Of a stretch of 64,000 nt of DNA, positions 25,868-39,706 are shown piece after piece. The stretch covers positions 101,246,001 through 101,310,000 of the forward strand of contig NC_043002.1 in assembly GCF_006345805.1 (NCBI RefSeq). Direction: 5' to 3'. The position numbers were made by a program, and so were the translations under genes. The DNA is from Octopus sinensis (Eukaryota). Positions within the stretch are counted from its first letter, which is position 1; every line of letters begins with the position of its first letter. The notes beneath the pieces were generated by a model. The model searched no databases. It saw only the letters and a list, made by a program, of their open reading frames with translations, and had not been told where the DNA came from.

Positions 25868-26350
25868 TATTTTATAGAAGGAGCTTCTACAGGACTAGAA
25901 CTGTTTCATTCAGATGAAATCTTCAGGAAGCTGGCTGTCAAAATAAGTTCTGGTATTTATGCATTTAGGAAGATTAAGCCGTACATTTCATTATTGGTAG
26001 ATGCTACATCAGGGTGGTCGAAAAAGAACGATCTCCATCTAATTCGTTTGATGAACTCATCGGTCCGTCTAATGAGGGCTTTTAGGTACTGTTTCCTTGG
26101 TGGGATAGGAATGTTCTTCAAGGAAGTGTTGAGGTCGATTCTTGTCAGCATTATTTCTTGGAGATAGTTATAAGGGCACTAGGGTGTGCTAGGATATGTA
26201 GGTCCCGGGTTGAATCGGGGTTAACCACAGTAAATAAGGTACTCAATACACACACAAACACCTGCAATATTTATCACAAATTACAGACGACATCCTCCTC
26301 TACACTGTCAGCTCCTAACTCTCTAGCAGAAATGTAGCACATATTTTATA
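25868..26350 (-). mobile_element. Internally deleted mini Penelope-like element (5' leader, ORF N-terminus, hammerhead)
   Basis: ORF 25957..26151 (SLKNIPIPPRKQYLKALIRRTDEFIKRIRWRSFFF) resembles a PLE ORF N-terminus. Bounded by a 9-bp direct repeat TATTTTATA (25868-25876, 26342-26350). Confidence 0.75.
25882..25932 (-). ncRNA. Type I hammerhead ribozyme with 4-bp stem III
   Basis: AGCUUC-CUGAAGA-U(UUC AUCU GAA)U-GAAA-CAG(UUCUAGUC)CUG-UA/GAAGCU. 6-bp stem I, GUA cleavage between 25888 and 25887. Confidence 0.8.
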
Positions 26351-26389
26351 CACATATTTTATCTTCTCAAAATTAAGCTACGCAATAAT

Positions 26390-26530
26390 GCGGTGAGGTC
26401 GACTTTGCCTTTCATATTTTCGGAGTCAATAAAATAATTACCAGTCAAGCACTGGCGTAGATATAATCGATTTAAACTCTTCCCCGAAATTCGTGGTCTT
26501 GTGCCAACATTTGAAACCAATATAGAACAA
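26390..26530 (+). mobile_element. Family B SINE fragment
   Basis: GAGGTCGACTTTGCCTTTCATATTTTCGGAGTCAATAAAATAATTACCAGT. Confidence 0.75.
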
Positions 26531-26813
26531 TATTGAACAATACAATAAACACCACGTCGCAAGTTCGGTCGCTTGTTTAAGACGTTCATTTCCCAATCAC
26601 AAGATTCTGTGTTCGAAGCCAACTTGGAAACATATTTGCTTTTATAGTCTCGACCCTACCCATAAACTGTGACTAAAACTGGTTTCGCAACAGCTGGGTG
26701 AATGTGCATCGGACGGAATATGCCTGTTCTTGGGTGGTGGACTTGATATCTGCCTGGTTTAACATCACTGCAGAAGCTTCAGTGGTGCCTGCTCTATTGC
26801 AAGGGTTTCCGAG

Positions 26814-26909
26814 CTAATTCTTCGATCTGGGAATAACACTTTCCCTTTCTCCTACTAATATTGGTGGCTCAGAAAAAGTAACTAATGCGGCCCTTCCTTC
26901 AATGACAAG
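26814..26909 (-). other. Possible host exon (LVIEGRAALVTFSEPPILVGERESVIPRSKN*)
   Basis: Good acceptor CTTTCTTCACATTGTTACAG| and one open phase-0 frame in a GC-balanced non-repetitive island; no recognisable homology. Confidence 0.2.
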
Positions 26910-29200
26910 CTGTAACAATGTGAAGAAAGCACACAGTACATTATATTTAACATATAAATACTTGTTCGCAATATGAAGGGATATACTGAACACAGGTCAT
27001 GGTTACATAAGTGCACCTAGAGTCAAACTGAAATAGCAGCTAAATTTACTGCAAGTTATTTTTAACGCCTTTAATCATAGGCATACTTGATCAGGGTTAA
27101 ATAACAACAACACTGCCTTGTATGACAACATATATCGCTACTTTACAATTGTATCTGATATTATATTAGATGCAGTTACAGAAGCAAAAAGGCTGAAATG
27201 TCTGAAAACATCACCCCGGGTACTATATGCGAAGTTGAGCCTCACACAAGCTAATTTTGCCGCTGACACATTTTTTCATGAACACAAGCTGCTGAAATTT
27301 TGAGTCTGAGGTGTCCTTGCGTGTTTATGTTATCAAATTCGGTAACTTAAAAAACTGATCCATCAGTACCAGTAAACCAATAACGCCCCCCCCCCCAAGT
27401 ACCAACCAACGAAAATGTAAGATAAATGTGTAAATAATATATAAAATTATTGGAATTTTATTGTGTTGAAACTTAATATCGTTTCTACTCTAGACTGAAA
27501 TTTCGGAGAAAGGAGCAAATCGATTATTTGGATACCAATGCTGGAATATTTCTAATCATGGGTATGCACAAGCATAGCTGACTTAGAGACAAACAACAAG
27601 GACAGCAACCGTACGAGCAGAGCACACGGCGTCAATACCAAATGAACTTGGCTCCCCTCGACACACACACGAAATGGAGAACGATACAGACGCAAACCTT
27701 AAGAGTCTGCCTAAAGGGAAAAAGAGAAATACACACTATAAATTGGATGCCTAAAATATACGAAAATTGCTGAATGCAATTTACCTATTGTCGGAAACAA
27801 AAACGAAAATAACAAATGAAAATAATGACACTCTAAATAAAGGACCATATTTTAACCGATGCTGACGCAATTTCCCCACAGAAGCTTGAACATTCATTGC
27901 ACTTCTTTACTGCACGCTTATTTTATAGCCATATTTTATCCGCATCCAAATGGAGACTATTACATATAATATCAGGATTAAAGAGAACTTTGATGTGAAA
28001 GTAGCTATGGATCGCAACAGACAAGCTAATCCAAACAAAAGATATACTCTTTATTTGAAGGGAAATATCTCACATAATGAAAATGCGAACAATTAAAAGA
28101 TATATTCATTAAAATATAAACATTAAAAACGTTAATTACAAAATCAGACTTTGCGTAAACAAAGGAAACAACTGCAAAAGAAAAAGACAAAAAAATATAT
28201 ATATAAACAAAAAAGAAATCAAACTATAATATACCTACAGAATAATTGATTCAGCTTACTGAATCAGAACTGAGTCAACGAAAGTTTGAATAAATGGGAA
28301 ACATCTAACAGTAGAAAGTTGTAAAGAAGGGCATTTTGAAATGGCAATAATCTAAAGGTGGAAATAATTAAATAACGAAAATCAATACATAACCTTTCCT
28401 TGAAACAAAGAAAGACTTTTTCAAAGATAAAACAAGGGATCCTCGCTACATTGCAAAGATCCGTTGTTATGAAAAGCAACAGTTTCGACTTCAACCAAAA
28501 ACTAATTTTTTCATTCTCTCAAAAAATAGATAAATAAATAACTACGTAGAAATAGAAAAGAAAACAATTTAGCATGAAAACGAGAAAAATTATGAAACAA
28601 AAAGAGAGGATATTTGAGTGAGAAAAGTGTATGAGCAGTGAGTGAATCACTTTAGAAAGGATATTTAAAACAAAAGGAACAACGGTAGAATAATCGTTGG
28701 AAATAACAGCTGAGATGCTAAAGAATATGAATAAGTGAAAAACACTCGGATAGAGTAATATCTAAAGCTCTGGGGAAAAAAGCGCTTGGACAGTGCAAGA
28801 AATAAAACCTGAATGGTTTACTGAAGGGCAAAACCGTTTTAATTGCAAGACGAAAGAAATAATAATTCTTGGGGTTCACGCACATAAGCGAGAATCCAAA
28901 CAACAAACCATTTGTTTATTCTTAATATTTTGTGGCAGATTCGAACCTGAATAATCTGATCGCTGTTGTTATTCGACATCAGAGATCGGTATCTCTCTTT
29001 ACACCACACGTGATACACATGTGTAAAAAGACATCGTTACGTCTCCTCAGAGAATGCTATCCCTTGATAAATGAATCCGATACGCACGTGAGCTTGGAGG
29101 GACAAATTATTTGTTGACTAGTATTGACGTCTGCCAAATCGGTGACATTGTCGAAACATCGTCGGTAGTTTGGTTTCTGTTATTGATAGTCCCAGATCTG

Positions 29201-29582
29201 GGAGGCGCAATTGCCCAGTGGTTAGGGCAGCGGACTCGAGGTCATATGATCGCGGTTTCGATTCCCAGACCGGGCGTTGTGAGTGTTTATTGAGCGAAAA
29301 CACCTAAAGCTCCACGCGGCTCCGGTAGGGGATGGTGGTGATCCCTGCTGTACTCTTTCACCACAACTTTCTCTCATTCTTACTTTCTGTTTCTGTTGTA
29401 CCTGTATTCAAAGGGCCGGCCTTGTCACTCTCTGTGTCACGCTGAATATCCCCGAGAACTACGTTAAGGGTACACGTGTCTGTGGAGTGCTCAGCCACTT
29501 ACACGTTAATTTCACGAGTAGGCTGTTCCGTTGATTCGGATCAACCGGAACCCTCGTCGTCGTAACCGACGAAGTGCTTCCA
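29201..29582 (+). mobile_element. Full-length family A SINE with tRNA(Arg)-like head
   Basis: Pol III A box (TTGCCCAGTGG) and B box (GGTTTCGATTCC); perfect 13-bp TSD AGTCCCAGATCTG (29188-29200, 29583-29595). Confidence 0.95.
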
Positions 29583-30299
29583 AGTCCCAGATCTGACCAA
29601 GTTTAGTTGGCTAGAACTATGATCATTGACGTTTCAACCGCGGCGGACCTGTATTTTTCTAAATTTATGATTACAATTTTTATTTCATTTGTTTGAGATG
29701 GTAGGATATGATGCGAAGGATATCTGGTTAATATTTTCAGCAACTTCTCACTCCTTAGTGACCAATGTAACGGCAGAGAAGAGAAATGAACCAGCGTTTT
29801 ACTCGTGTATGCAGCGTTAAGGTGATGCTGGGATACGAACTAGCGAAATTTCGATCCGGCCATTCATGCGGTAGTCTGCAGTCAGTTCTGACTTGAATTT
29901 ATTTTAGCCATAAAAACGACTAAATAAAGAGGAATAATTCTTCTCCAGCAGAGCGGTGTGCAAATTATGATTTTTTTAACATGAAAATCGAACTTGCGGA
30001 AAAACAAAGAGTTTTATGATGTCTCAATTGGCGCCATTTGTTCTCCATTCCAGATGTAGACACCAGCACTGCTTTCCATCAGTGTTGAATTACAAACTAA
30101 CCAACACATATTTACTATTATGTCAGTCTATTTTTGGTTGGCAATTGATCTCAAGTATAAAGTGTTTTATACGAAATATCAGTCACGTGGATCAAAGGTG
30201 ACTAATGTATAGAACTATTGAAAGCGAAAGAAAAAAGTTCACAACAATAAATATGAGAAAATTCTAGAAGAGTGTTATAGACTATGCGTACGTATGTGC

Positions 30300-30365
30300 G
30301 CGGGTGTATATGTAGAGGTAGAGAGAAAAAAGGAAGGGAGGGAGATAAGATATGAAAGAACTGTA

Positions 30366-30405
<40 letters not shown>

Positions 30406-30924
30406 ATATTAGACGGCAAGAGGGTCATTGAAAGAAAGAAAGACATAGCGGTGGGAATTGGTAAAAAAAAGTGAGATGGTTAGATATACAAACAGATATG
30501 CAGACATTTTGGGTACACCACTCATGCACGTAAGCAGACACAGAGACACACATTCACACACACACGCACACACACACACACAAACATACACACAAACACG
30601 TGCGTAGCTAAATATATCATTACACACACGCATATAAGATAAATAATGCATAATAGATAGGACAATATATATATATATATGTATATATACACACATATAC
30701 ATATGTGTGTGTGTGTGTATACACGTTTCTATCTATTTATCTATCAATCAACCTATATATATATATATGAGTGTATGTGTGTGCGTGTGTAGGTAGATAG
30801 AGAGTGAGAGAGAGAATGAAAGGAAGATGCATATATTTATCTCTCTACACATTTGCATGTGCATTTATATACCCCTCTTTATATGCCCCTTTTTTCTCAC
30901 TCTCCCTCTCTTTCTCTCCATATA

Positions 30925-31011
<87 letters not shown>

Positions 31012-31252
31012 ATATAAACATTTAGATATAAATTACTTTAGTATGTATGTATATGTTAATATATACACCTATACGCTTAGATATACACATTATATCATGT
31101 ATATATATATATCTATACGCATGCATAAAGTTCAATAAAAAGACAGAAAATCACGCAGTCACATATAAGCAAATAAAAATATAAATACATATATATATAT
31201 TTCCCACTCTGTCCTTCTCTCTTCTATCTTTCTGTCTGTCTATGTATCTATA

Positions 31253-31313
<61 letters not shown>

Positions 31314-31356
31314 CTGTCAGTCTGTCCCGTTTCGTCTCTCTCACTCTTCACACTAC

Positions 31357-31401
<45 letters not shown>

Positions 31402-31708
31402 TACGTGAATGAAGGGTGAGACACATAATCGTGATTGAAAGTGAAAGCAAAATATATAAATAAAAAATAAAACAGAAAATTGAAAAGATATACGCGACAA
31501 AAAAAAAATCAGAAATAAACAATAAATTATCGATGACAAGGTAAGAGTGAATTCGATCTAAAAATAAAATGAAAACAAAAGATATTTGATGGAACAGCTT
31601 CCAGAATTTGGTAAATTGGATAATTTGTTGAGCTTTGAGAATGTTCTAAAGTTTTAATGGAAGATTTCAGGTTGAAAATGGCGGATTCTTGTATGGTGTA
31701 TAAACCCC

Positions 31709-31773
<65 letters not shown>

Positions 31774-31784
31774 TAGATGTTATA

Positions 31785-31829
<45 letters not shown>

Positions 31830-32040
31830 TATGTATATGTGCTTATCTTTATGTATTTATATATGTAGCTGTATATATATATGCACGTATGTGTTTGCGT
31901 GCATGCATGTAAGTATGTATATATGTATGAGTATGTGTGTGTGTATGTATATATAATATATATATGTATATATATATATATATATAATATATATGTATAT
32001 ATATTATATATATGTATATATATATATGTGTGTGTATGTT
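30300..32040. repeat. Microsatellite-rich tract: (GA)n, (CA)n, (TA)n, (TCTA)n
   Basis: Direct reading, interspersed with short unique stretches. Confidence 0.9.
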
Positions 32041-32044
32041 TGTG

Positions 32045-32255
32045 TGTCTGTGGTTGTCCCCCTAGCATTGCTTGACAACCGATGCTGGTGTGTTTACGTC
32101 CCCGTCAGTTAGCGGTTCGGCAAAAGAGACCGATAGAATAAGTACTGGGCTTACAAAGAATAAGTCCCGGGGTCGATTTGCTCGACTAAAGGCGGTGTTC
32201 CCGCATGGCCACAGTCAAATGACTGAAACAAGCAAAAGAGTAAAGAGTAAGAGTA
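32045..32255 (+). mobile_element. Family C SINE 3' half
   Basis: Near-identical to 22720-22915. Confidence 0.9.
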
Positions 32256-32299
32256 TGTATGTATATATATATATATATATTATATATATATATATATGT

Positions 32300-32354
<55 letters not shown>

Positions 32355-32409
32355 ATATATATAGGTATATATTTCAAGGTCACACACGTCTCACGTTTTT
32401 TGCGGTTCA

Positions 32410-32457
<48 letters not shown>

Positions 32458-32497
32458 TATATATATATATACATATATATATATATACATACATACA

Positions 32498-32576
<79 letters not shown>

Positions 32577-32579
<3 letters not shown>

Positions 32580-33430
32580 TGAACCGCAAAAAACGTGAGA
32601 CGTGTGTGACCTTGAAATATGTTTTAATTTCATTACGTCAGAGATAAAGTTTCTTGGATGCTCTTTGACCACATTCTATGGGTCATTGTCATGTTTTCTG
32701 GTAGTGTGCCGATCCAATACATCGAGATTGTAGAGCGTGGTATGTTCAATACCATGTATGCCCTCCACGGATCTTCAAAACGGCCAGACACCGTCGGTAC
32801 ATGAGTACATTAGGTTGTTTCACAAAAGCCATTGGCACCTGTGCCAACACCCTGGTGAAAGCCGCCTCCAGTTCCACATGAGTTGTCAGCCTTGGGATCA
32901 CCAGTTTCAGTTGTCTCTGGATTTCATCCCACAGGTGTTCAATTGGGTTAAAGTCCGGGTTTAAATCCGGTCACGGCATAGTTCTGATGTTGCTCTGACG
33001 CATGAAGTCCATCGAGACTCTGGCAGCGTTGGTGGGAGCATTGCCCTGCAGGAACACCTGGCTATGGTGACGCACAGAGAAGGGCACGATATAAGGTCTC
33101 AGGATCTGGTCAACATAGCGATGCGCTGTGATGCCATTTTCTCTGCCTGCACCAGTATTTTGGGACACATGGGACCCAATTCTCTGATTTAGACCTATAG
33201 CACCCAAATCATGATGTTTTGGCCAGGCTACGCATCTCTCATCCGAGATGGAAACTTAGCACCGGATCCCGTCAGAGAAGACTATCGACCTCCATTGTTT
33301 ATGCCGTCAATGTCGGTACGGTGTAGCACATTGTAGTCGTACCTGACGGTGACGGGCGATGAGGAAAGGCTCTCGAGCAGGAAGGTGGCAGCTTAGGTTG
33401 TTGGCGGCAGGGCCAGACGGAATCTAAGAC
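32577..33430 (-). mobile_element. Tc1-like transposon remnant with one terminal repeat
   Basis: QWRSIVFSD, RYVDQILRPYIVPF...FLQGNAPTNAAR...RTMP, PDLNPIEHL (Tc1 DD34E-type motifs); terminus CACTGAACCGCAAAAAACG at 32577. Confidence 0.85.
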
Positions 33431-33446
33431 TACTGCCTCAAGTGCT

Positions 33447-35060
33447 TAAGGTCAACTCACAAGCAAATTGGGTTGCAATTAGACAATTGCCTACAGAGTG
33501 GTGCAATTCCAGAACTGATTGTAGAAGAGAAGACAATACTGATGAAAGATCGAGCAAAAGTCAATGAGGTTCTCAGTTACCGACTCATCACGTTTCTTCA
33601 TATCCTATGGAAAGTGTTAAGAGGCATCCTCGTAGGGATGCCGAAAGGTATCCATGGTCACCAAGAACCACATCGTGATAGTCAAGATTGTAATGAATAA
33701 CTGGAAATGAGACGAAAACGGGAGCAAGGGCATAGGTATGGAATTCAGGATCTCAAAGTGTGCAGTGCTCACTTTGAAGCAGGGGAAAAGACCAGATTGT
33801 AAGGGCATAGAGATGCCAAACGAAGAGCGAATGGAAGACCCGGATGATGATGGGTACAAGTACTTTGGTATTCTGATGATGAGTAATGTCTTTCGCAGAG
33901 AAATGAAAGTCAAGGTCACCAATACATATTTGAAGCACCCCAAACTTCTCTTGAAGTCAAAAATCAACACAAGAAACGTTGTGACTGCCATCAACACATG
34001 GACTGTTGCTGTAGCCGTCTTCAGTGCTTCCATTTCGAAATGGACACGAGCGAAGATTGACCGACTCGATGGCACTACCCGAAAGACGACGACAAGGTAT
34101 TGTGTCCTCCCGCTGAGGCTAACGTACACATGTTTTACATGAAGTGGCCTGATTAGTGTACGTGAGTTCATCAACAGTGGAAGAAGAAATATATCAGACT
34201 ATTTGGTAAAGAGCGAAGAAGATCTGCTACAGTATGTTGCTAATGCAGAAGATTTACCAACAATGGAATTTAGAGTGCTAATGAATGCCGATCAGGAATA
34301 ACCAACGAAGAGAAGAAAGTCTTCTCCGTATGGGATTACATGGTCAGTTCCACCGTGAAACTAACAAAAAGACCAGGATGCATCATGGAGGTGGCTCAGC
34401 AAGGGAGACCTAAAAAGGAATTCTGAAAGCGTAATCATCGCTGCCCAGGATCAAGCATTGAATACCAACTCAGTGAAAAGGGGTATATAGCACATAAGTG
34501 CAACGAACCTCTGGAAAGAAGGTCGAAAGTGTGACTCAAATTGTTGGTGCTTGCCCAGAAAGAGTACAAACGCAGGCACGAGAGTGAAACTCAAAACGTT
34601 CACTGAAGTGCGGTTAGAAGTTAACGGGTGCTTGGTACCAACATACACTGGAAAGTTAATGGATGAATACAGGAAGGCAAAGCTCCTCTGGACCTTTGAC
34701 TTTCAGACAGGCAAGGTATTAGATTACTGAAGGCCGTATATAGTATTGCGTAGGAGGGACTAACAAGAGTGTCTAATAATGGACGAACAAGTGCTGGGAG
34801 ATCAACATATTATTATGGAAGAAAAAGAAAAGGCTGATAAATATGGAGACATGAGAATTGAAATCGCCAAGATGTGGCTGTTGTGAGAGTGAAACATAAA
34901 GCTTGTTCCTGTTGTCATCGAAGCGTTGGGTTCAATACTATCTAACTTGTAGACTTTAAAAATACCCTACAATTTTGCTGTATTGCAAAAATCAGCTTTA
35001 CTTGTAACTGCACGCATACTGCGTAAAAGTACCGTCCTGCTGTGACTTGACAGACGGTGC
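33447..35060 (+). mobile_element. Decayed, internally deleted R4/Dong-like LINE
   Basis: SYRLITFLHILWKVLRGIL (NYRPI motif), MEFRISKCAVL...YKYFGIL...LLKSKINTRNVVTAINTW; REL-domain remnants at 34700-35020. Confidence 0.85.
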
Positions 35061-36249
35061 ACATATTGTTTTCAATCTACAAATCACAATTTTGGATACC
35101 GTGCGACGACTTCGATAGTGACAACAACAACAAATATAAAACCCGCCAAAGAATATCTTTCGAGATAAAAGCAACGAATAATTGTTAAAAAAAAATAATA
35201 GACTGCATGAAATGAAGGAAAAATCTAAAAGAAATAAATAGAAGAAATAAGAGGAAATGGAGAAAAAAATTCTCCCAACGAAACCGGACACCGTTTCGAG
35301 TACATTTCTATATATTTTAATATTTTTGCTGGTCGGTATTTCCCTAAAGGAGTTAACTATGACAGCCGTCTGTAATGATCCCTGTTGCGGAAGTAGTTCG
35401 TGCTTTCCATCATAGGTGGTGCTTTTCAGTCAATATCAAATCTTTTAAGCTTCTTTTTTTTCTCTCAGCTTCCATTTCTAAATATTGCAACATTATCCAG
35501 GTTAGTAAATCAGCTTAAAAGATCTTTAAAAACAGAATAACAGTCCTATCTAAAAAAAAAAAAAAACTATAACAGCTTTAAAAGCCCAAAATAGAATCAC
35601 AAAATTTTGTTAAGTCAAGTCTTTCAACCAAAAAGAAAACAAAATAAACCCAAACCCCACAAATAATAAGTGTTTTTGCTTTTCTCGTGTTTTCGAAAAT
35701 GAAATCAAGCAGTATGAGAAGTTGGTCTTTTAACGACGTGGCTTCAGGTTCAATTCTACTTGCCCCTTCATTAAGAGTAAGTGTCCTACCATTGCGCTAT
35801 TAGTTAACCGATACTTCTATTGGTCAAAAATTTGATAGATGGGAAACTATGCAGAAGTGTGTTTGTGTGTGTTTGTGCGGGCGTATGTGTGTATGGCATC
35901 ATTCAGTTTATATCAAGATTTCTTGCCAATAAAGAACCGGTTTCTACTCTATATCCAAGGCTCCTTCATTGGCATTTCGACATAAACAACAGGGTATTTT
36001 TGTTTATTTGTATGCATGCATGCATGTATGTATGTTTGTTTGTATGTATGTATGTATGTATGTATGTTTGTATGTATGTATGCATGCATGCATGTTTGTA
36101 TGTATGTATGTATGTAAATTTGTATGGTTATTATATTCTCATGCATATAGTTACATATCTAGATATGCCCACATATATTTCAATGATAAACTTCTGGAAA
36201 GTTTTACAGACTTTTACAGTTCCATTGATGGATGTGGATCTGTAGTCTT

Positions 36250-36920
36250 CGAATTAGCTTTCTCCTTTCTGGTTTCAGGGCCCCAATAATTACAGGTATA
36301 AACCTAAACCTGTAATCTGGATAGAGTACCTGCAGATTTCTCAATGGTTCAGCGTGGGTATTCTCTTTTTCACTGATCTTCAGCTTTATGTTAACATCCG
36401 TTGGGCAGCTAATTTCCACAAATATACACCATTTCTCTTCTCTATCCCAAATCCTTATATTAAGCCTGTTGTGCTTACATCTTATTAAGGTCTTCAATTG
36501 TACATTCCACCAGTATTCGTTTTTACAATGAGTGGCTACGGTTTCTACCATATTGTGGGTTCTTATTTCTTTATTCTCGGGATTATCCTTTCGACGGATT
36601 TTATTATATAGTGTCCTAGCTGCAACGTCGTGTCTCATCAGTAGATGATACCATGATGATATCTTCGGACAACTGCTTATGATGTGGGGGATAGCGTCAA
36701 TGTGAACTCCACAAAGTCTGCATAGGTTGTCACATTCTACTGCTTTTCCTGCATCTCTATCCCTTTTGTGCATCAGGTACTTCGTTGATATTTCCTGTAC
36801 CTAGATTGCAAACACACACCCTTCAAAGTGGGAGGTTATTGGTCCATGATAAACTGCTTTCATGATCGATTTTGCTAGCATCACGGAGCTTTCTACTAAC
36901 ATATCCATGCATAGTCTTCT
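36250..36920 (-). mobile_element. REL-endonuclease LINE 3' fragment (CCHC knuckle plus REL)
   Basis: CRLCG...HIISSC...RHD; KHNRLNIRIWDREEKWCIFVEISCPTDVN...FIPVIIGA. Confidence 0.87.
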
Positions 36921-37199
36921 ATGTATGTATGTATGTATGTATGTATGCATGCATGTATGTATGAAGGCAACAGGGTGTAACATCGAAATTATTGTCAGCT
37001 CCCTTCTTGCAAAATTGTAAACATGCATTTTGCAAAAAACGTAGTACTTCAATTTAATGTTAGATTGTTGTTATTACGCATAACTCAACATGAGCACACA
37101 CACACACACTCACACGTATTTATGTAGAAGTTCAAAATTGAGGATGACAAAAAGAGAAATGAACACGTAATCAAGCTTCCTTCTTATATGCAAAAAGCT

Positions 37200-37350
37200 T
37201 CTTTCAGTTTCCGTTTATCAAATCCTTTGACAAAGCTTTGATTGGCCCGAAGCTATAGTAGAGGACACTTGCCAAAGGTGCCACGCAATGGAACAGAACT
37301 CGGAACCATGTGGTTGGGAAGCAAGCTTCTTACCACACAGCCACATCTGC
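37200..37350 (-). mobile_element. Family C SINE head
   Basis: Reverse complement shows GCTTCCCAACCACATGGTTCCGAGTTCTGTTCCATTGCGTGGCACCTTTGGCAAGTGTCCTCTAC. Confidence 0.8.
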
Positions 37351-37537
37351 GCCGATATACAAACATTATATGTATGCATATATACAGTTTGTACATATAC
37401 ACATATATATGTATTTACATAAGCGTGTGTGCATGCTTGTGAGAGTGTGTTCATGTGTTTTTATGAATATGTGTGTATTTGTGTGTTTAAATATATATTT
37501 ATCTGTATGTACACACACACCACACACACACACACAC

Positions 37538-37588
<51 letters not shown>

Positions 37589-37939
37589 ACTTCATGTACA
37601 TAATTATGTGATAGTAATGCTGTTTATAATTTCGACATTGCAATGAATGGTTTGATACAAGGAGGAAGCTTCATTGAACACTCAATGTAATGTTGTAACA
37701 AACATCATTTTAATGGCTCTGTTTTAATGGAATATTTTCAATTGCATATTTCTTTTATTGTGCTATAAGACGAATAAAAAAAACCTTGCAGTGCTTTTGA
37801 CTTACCCTGTATACACATAAACACACACGTGTGTGCGTGGATGTGTGTGTATATATTCATATATACATGCAAAATACATGATACACACATACATTTATAT
37901 AACTCATAGGAAACGAATATGTTGATCTACATCATATAT

Positions 37940-37947
37940 GTATACGG

Positions 37948-37981
<34 letters not shown>

Positions 37982-38495
37982 ATGTGTGTGTATGTGTGTG
38001 CAGGCAATCATATGTATATACATTACATAATTTATAACTCTTATTTACATATCTATGAGTGTGTGTGTATTTAATTGTAACAAATAATATATAAGTACTG
38101 ACACACACACGCGCGTAAAGATCGTTTTTTATTTTTCGTTTGTATATGCATATACATACACACCCACACACACTAACATACACATATGTATATAAGTATA
38201 CATATATATGTATATATACATATATATATGTATATATATATATATGCATATATGTATATATATGCATATATGTATATATATGCATATATGTATATATATG
38301 CATATATGTATATATATGTGCATATACGTCTATACGTATATATATATGTATATGTATATACGTATGTATGTATATGTATATACGTATATATGTATATGTA
38401 TATATGTAAATACGTATATATATGTATATATATACGTATATATATGTTATATATATATATGTAAATACGTATATATATGTATATATATACGTATA

Positions 38496-38544
<49 letters not shown>

Positions 38545-38560
38545 TATATATATAACTTAG
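37940..38560. repeat. TA/TG compound microsatellite with 18-bp periodic subunits
   Basis: (ATATATGCATATATGTAT)-like units at about 38240-38320. Confidence 0.92.
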
Positions 38561-39664
38561 AGAATATATTATAATATATATATTTATGCATCTACAAAAT
38601 ATATAGAGATATATTTTATTATATCCTTATGACTACAGATTCTTGTACATTTTATCCTATTTCGATATTCATTTGTTTACTCATAAAATGATGTATATTA
38701 ATGTCAACATGAGAACATGCGAATTTCTTTGAGCAAATATTATAAAGCCGACTGCATGAACGGATGGCAGCAAACCGGCTGTTCATTCTTTATTTTATTT
38801 CAAACTTGTATTTTTTCTCTCCCTTAAACATAATATAATGAACAAATATACAGATAAGGACGGGCTAAACAATATAATTGGATTGCTGTGTGTGTGCGCG
38901 TGCTTCAATTCCGCCATAACTCCCAGTTGTGCTTCTTAAACGTGGAAAATATTTTCAAGCATCGAATATGTTTCGTGTATTTATCAAGAGAAGGTTGGAT
39001 GAGGAAGTGGTTGAAGGATGAAGAGGATGAGGAGGAGATATAGTAGGAGGAAGAGGGAGAAGGGGTGGGGAAAGAAGAGGAGAAGAAGTAGGATGTAGAG
39101 GAAATTTGTAACTAACACATTCCCAACTTGCATAGGAAACATTAAACGGAAGAAAGGAAGGAAATCAATGCGGATTGTAGTGGTATTTTTCTGTCGTTCT
39201 AGATGTAACGAATCAAAATCCATTTAGCTAAGAACTGTTTTTTTTTCTTTCCTTAGATTCTTTTTGGTTTTCTTTTTATTCTTCTTCCCCTGTGAAGGAA
39301 GGAAACATAAAGTGCATAAAAAAGAAAGGAAATATAAAAAAAAAGAATGTGAAGAAAACATAAACCAACCAACATAGCAAAGAAATGTAGAAGGAAAAAT
39401 AACAAAAGAATTTAATTGATAAAATAAAGCTGATTGATGGGAGAAGAAATAGAATGAAAGAGTAAAGAAAGAAATTAGTAAATAAATAAATCAGATCTGT
39501 AAAGAAAGGAGCAAGGAAATGTCGTCTGCTTTTTGCTAGGACGCCTTCAGTATAATTATATTTTCCTTTCGTATTTTTTCCTTTAGTTTCGTATTTTTTT
39601 CTCTTGTATTTTCACAACATGGAAATTTGCTCCATTCCCATGAGTAGGCTAAAACAAAATAAAA

Positions 39665-39700
<36 letters not shown>

Positions 39701-39706
<6 letters not shown>

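Noticed and set aside
28290-28360. SCKEGHFEMA ankyrin-like peptide
   Set aside because: Ten residues bounded by stops, with no further repeat or splice support.
29201-29276. tRNA-Arg-like sequence
   Set aside because: It is the head of a SINE with body and 13-bp TSD; the acceptor stem does not form.
35278-35340. Minus-strand GAAAC-GGU-GUC with a 4-bp stem I
   Set aside because: The core position reads ACCAGCA and there is no stem II.
39480-39530. Strong minus-strand acceptor TTTCCTTGCTCCTTTCTTTACAG
   Set aside because: Followed by a stop and more pyrimidine-rich low-complexity sequence; no exon body.
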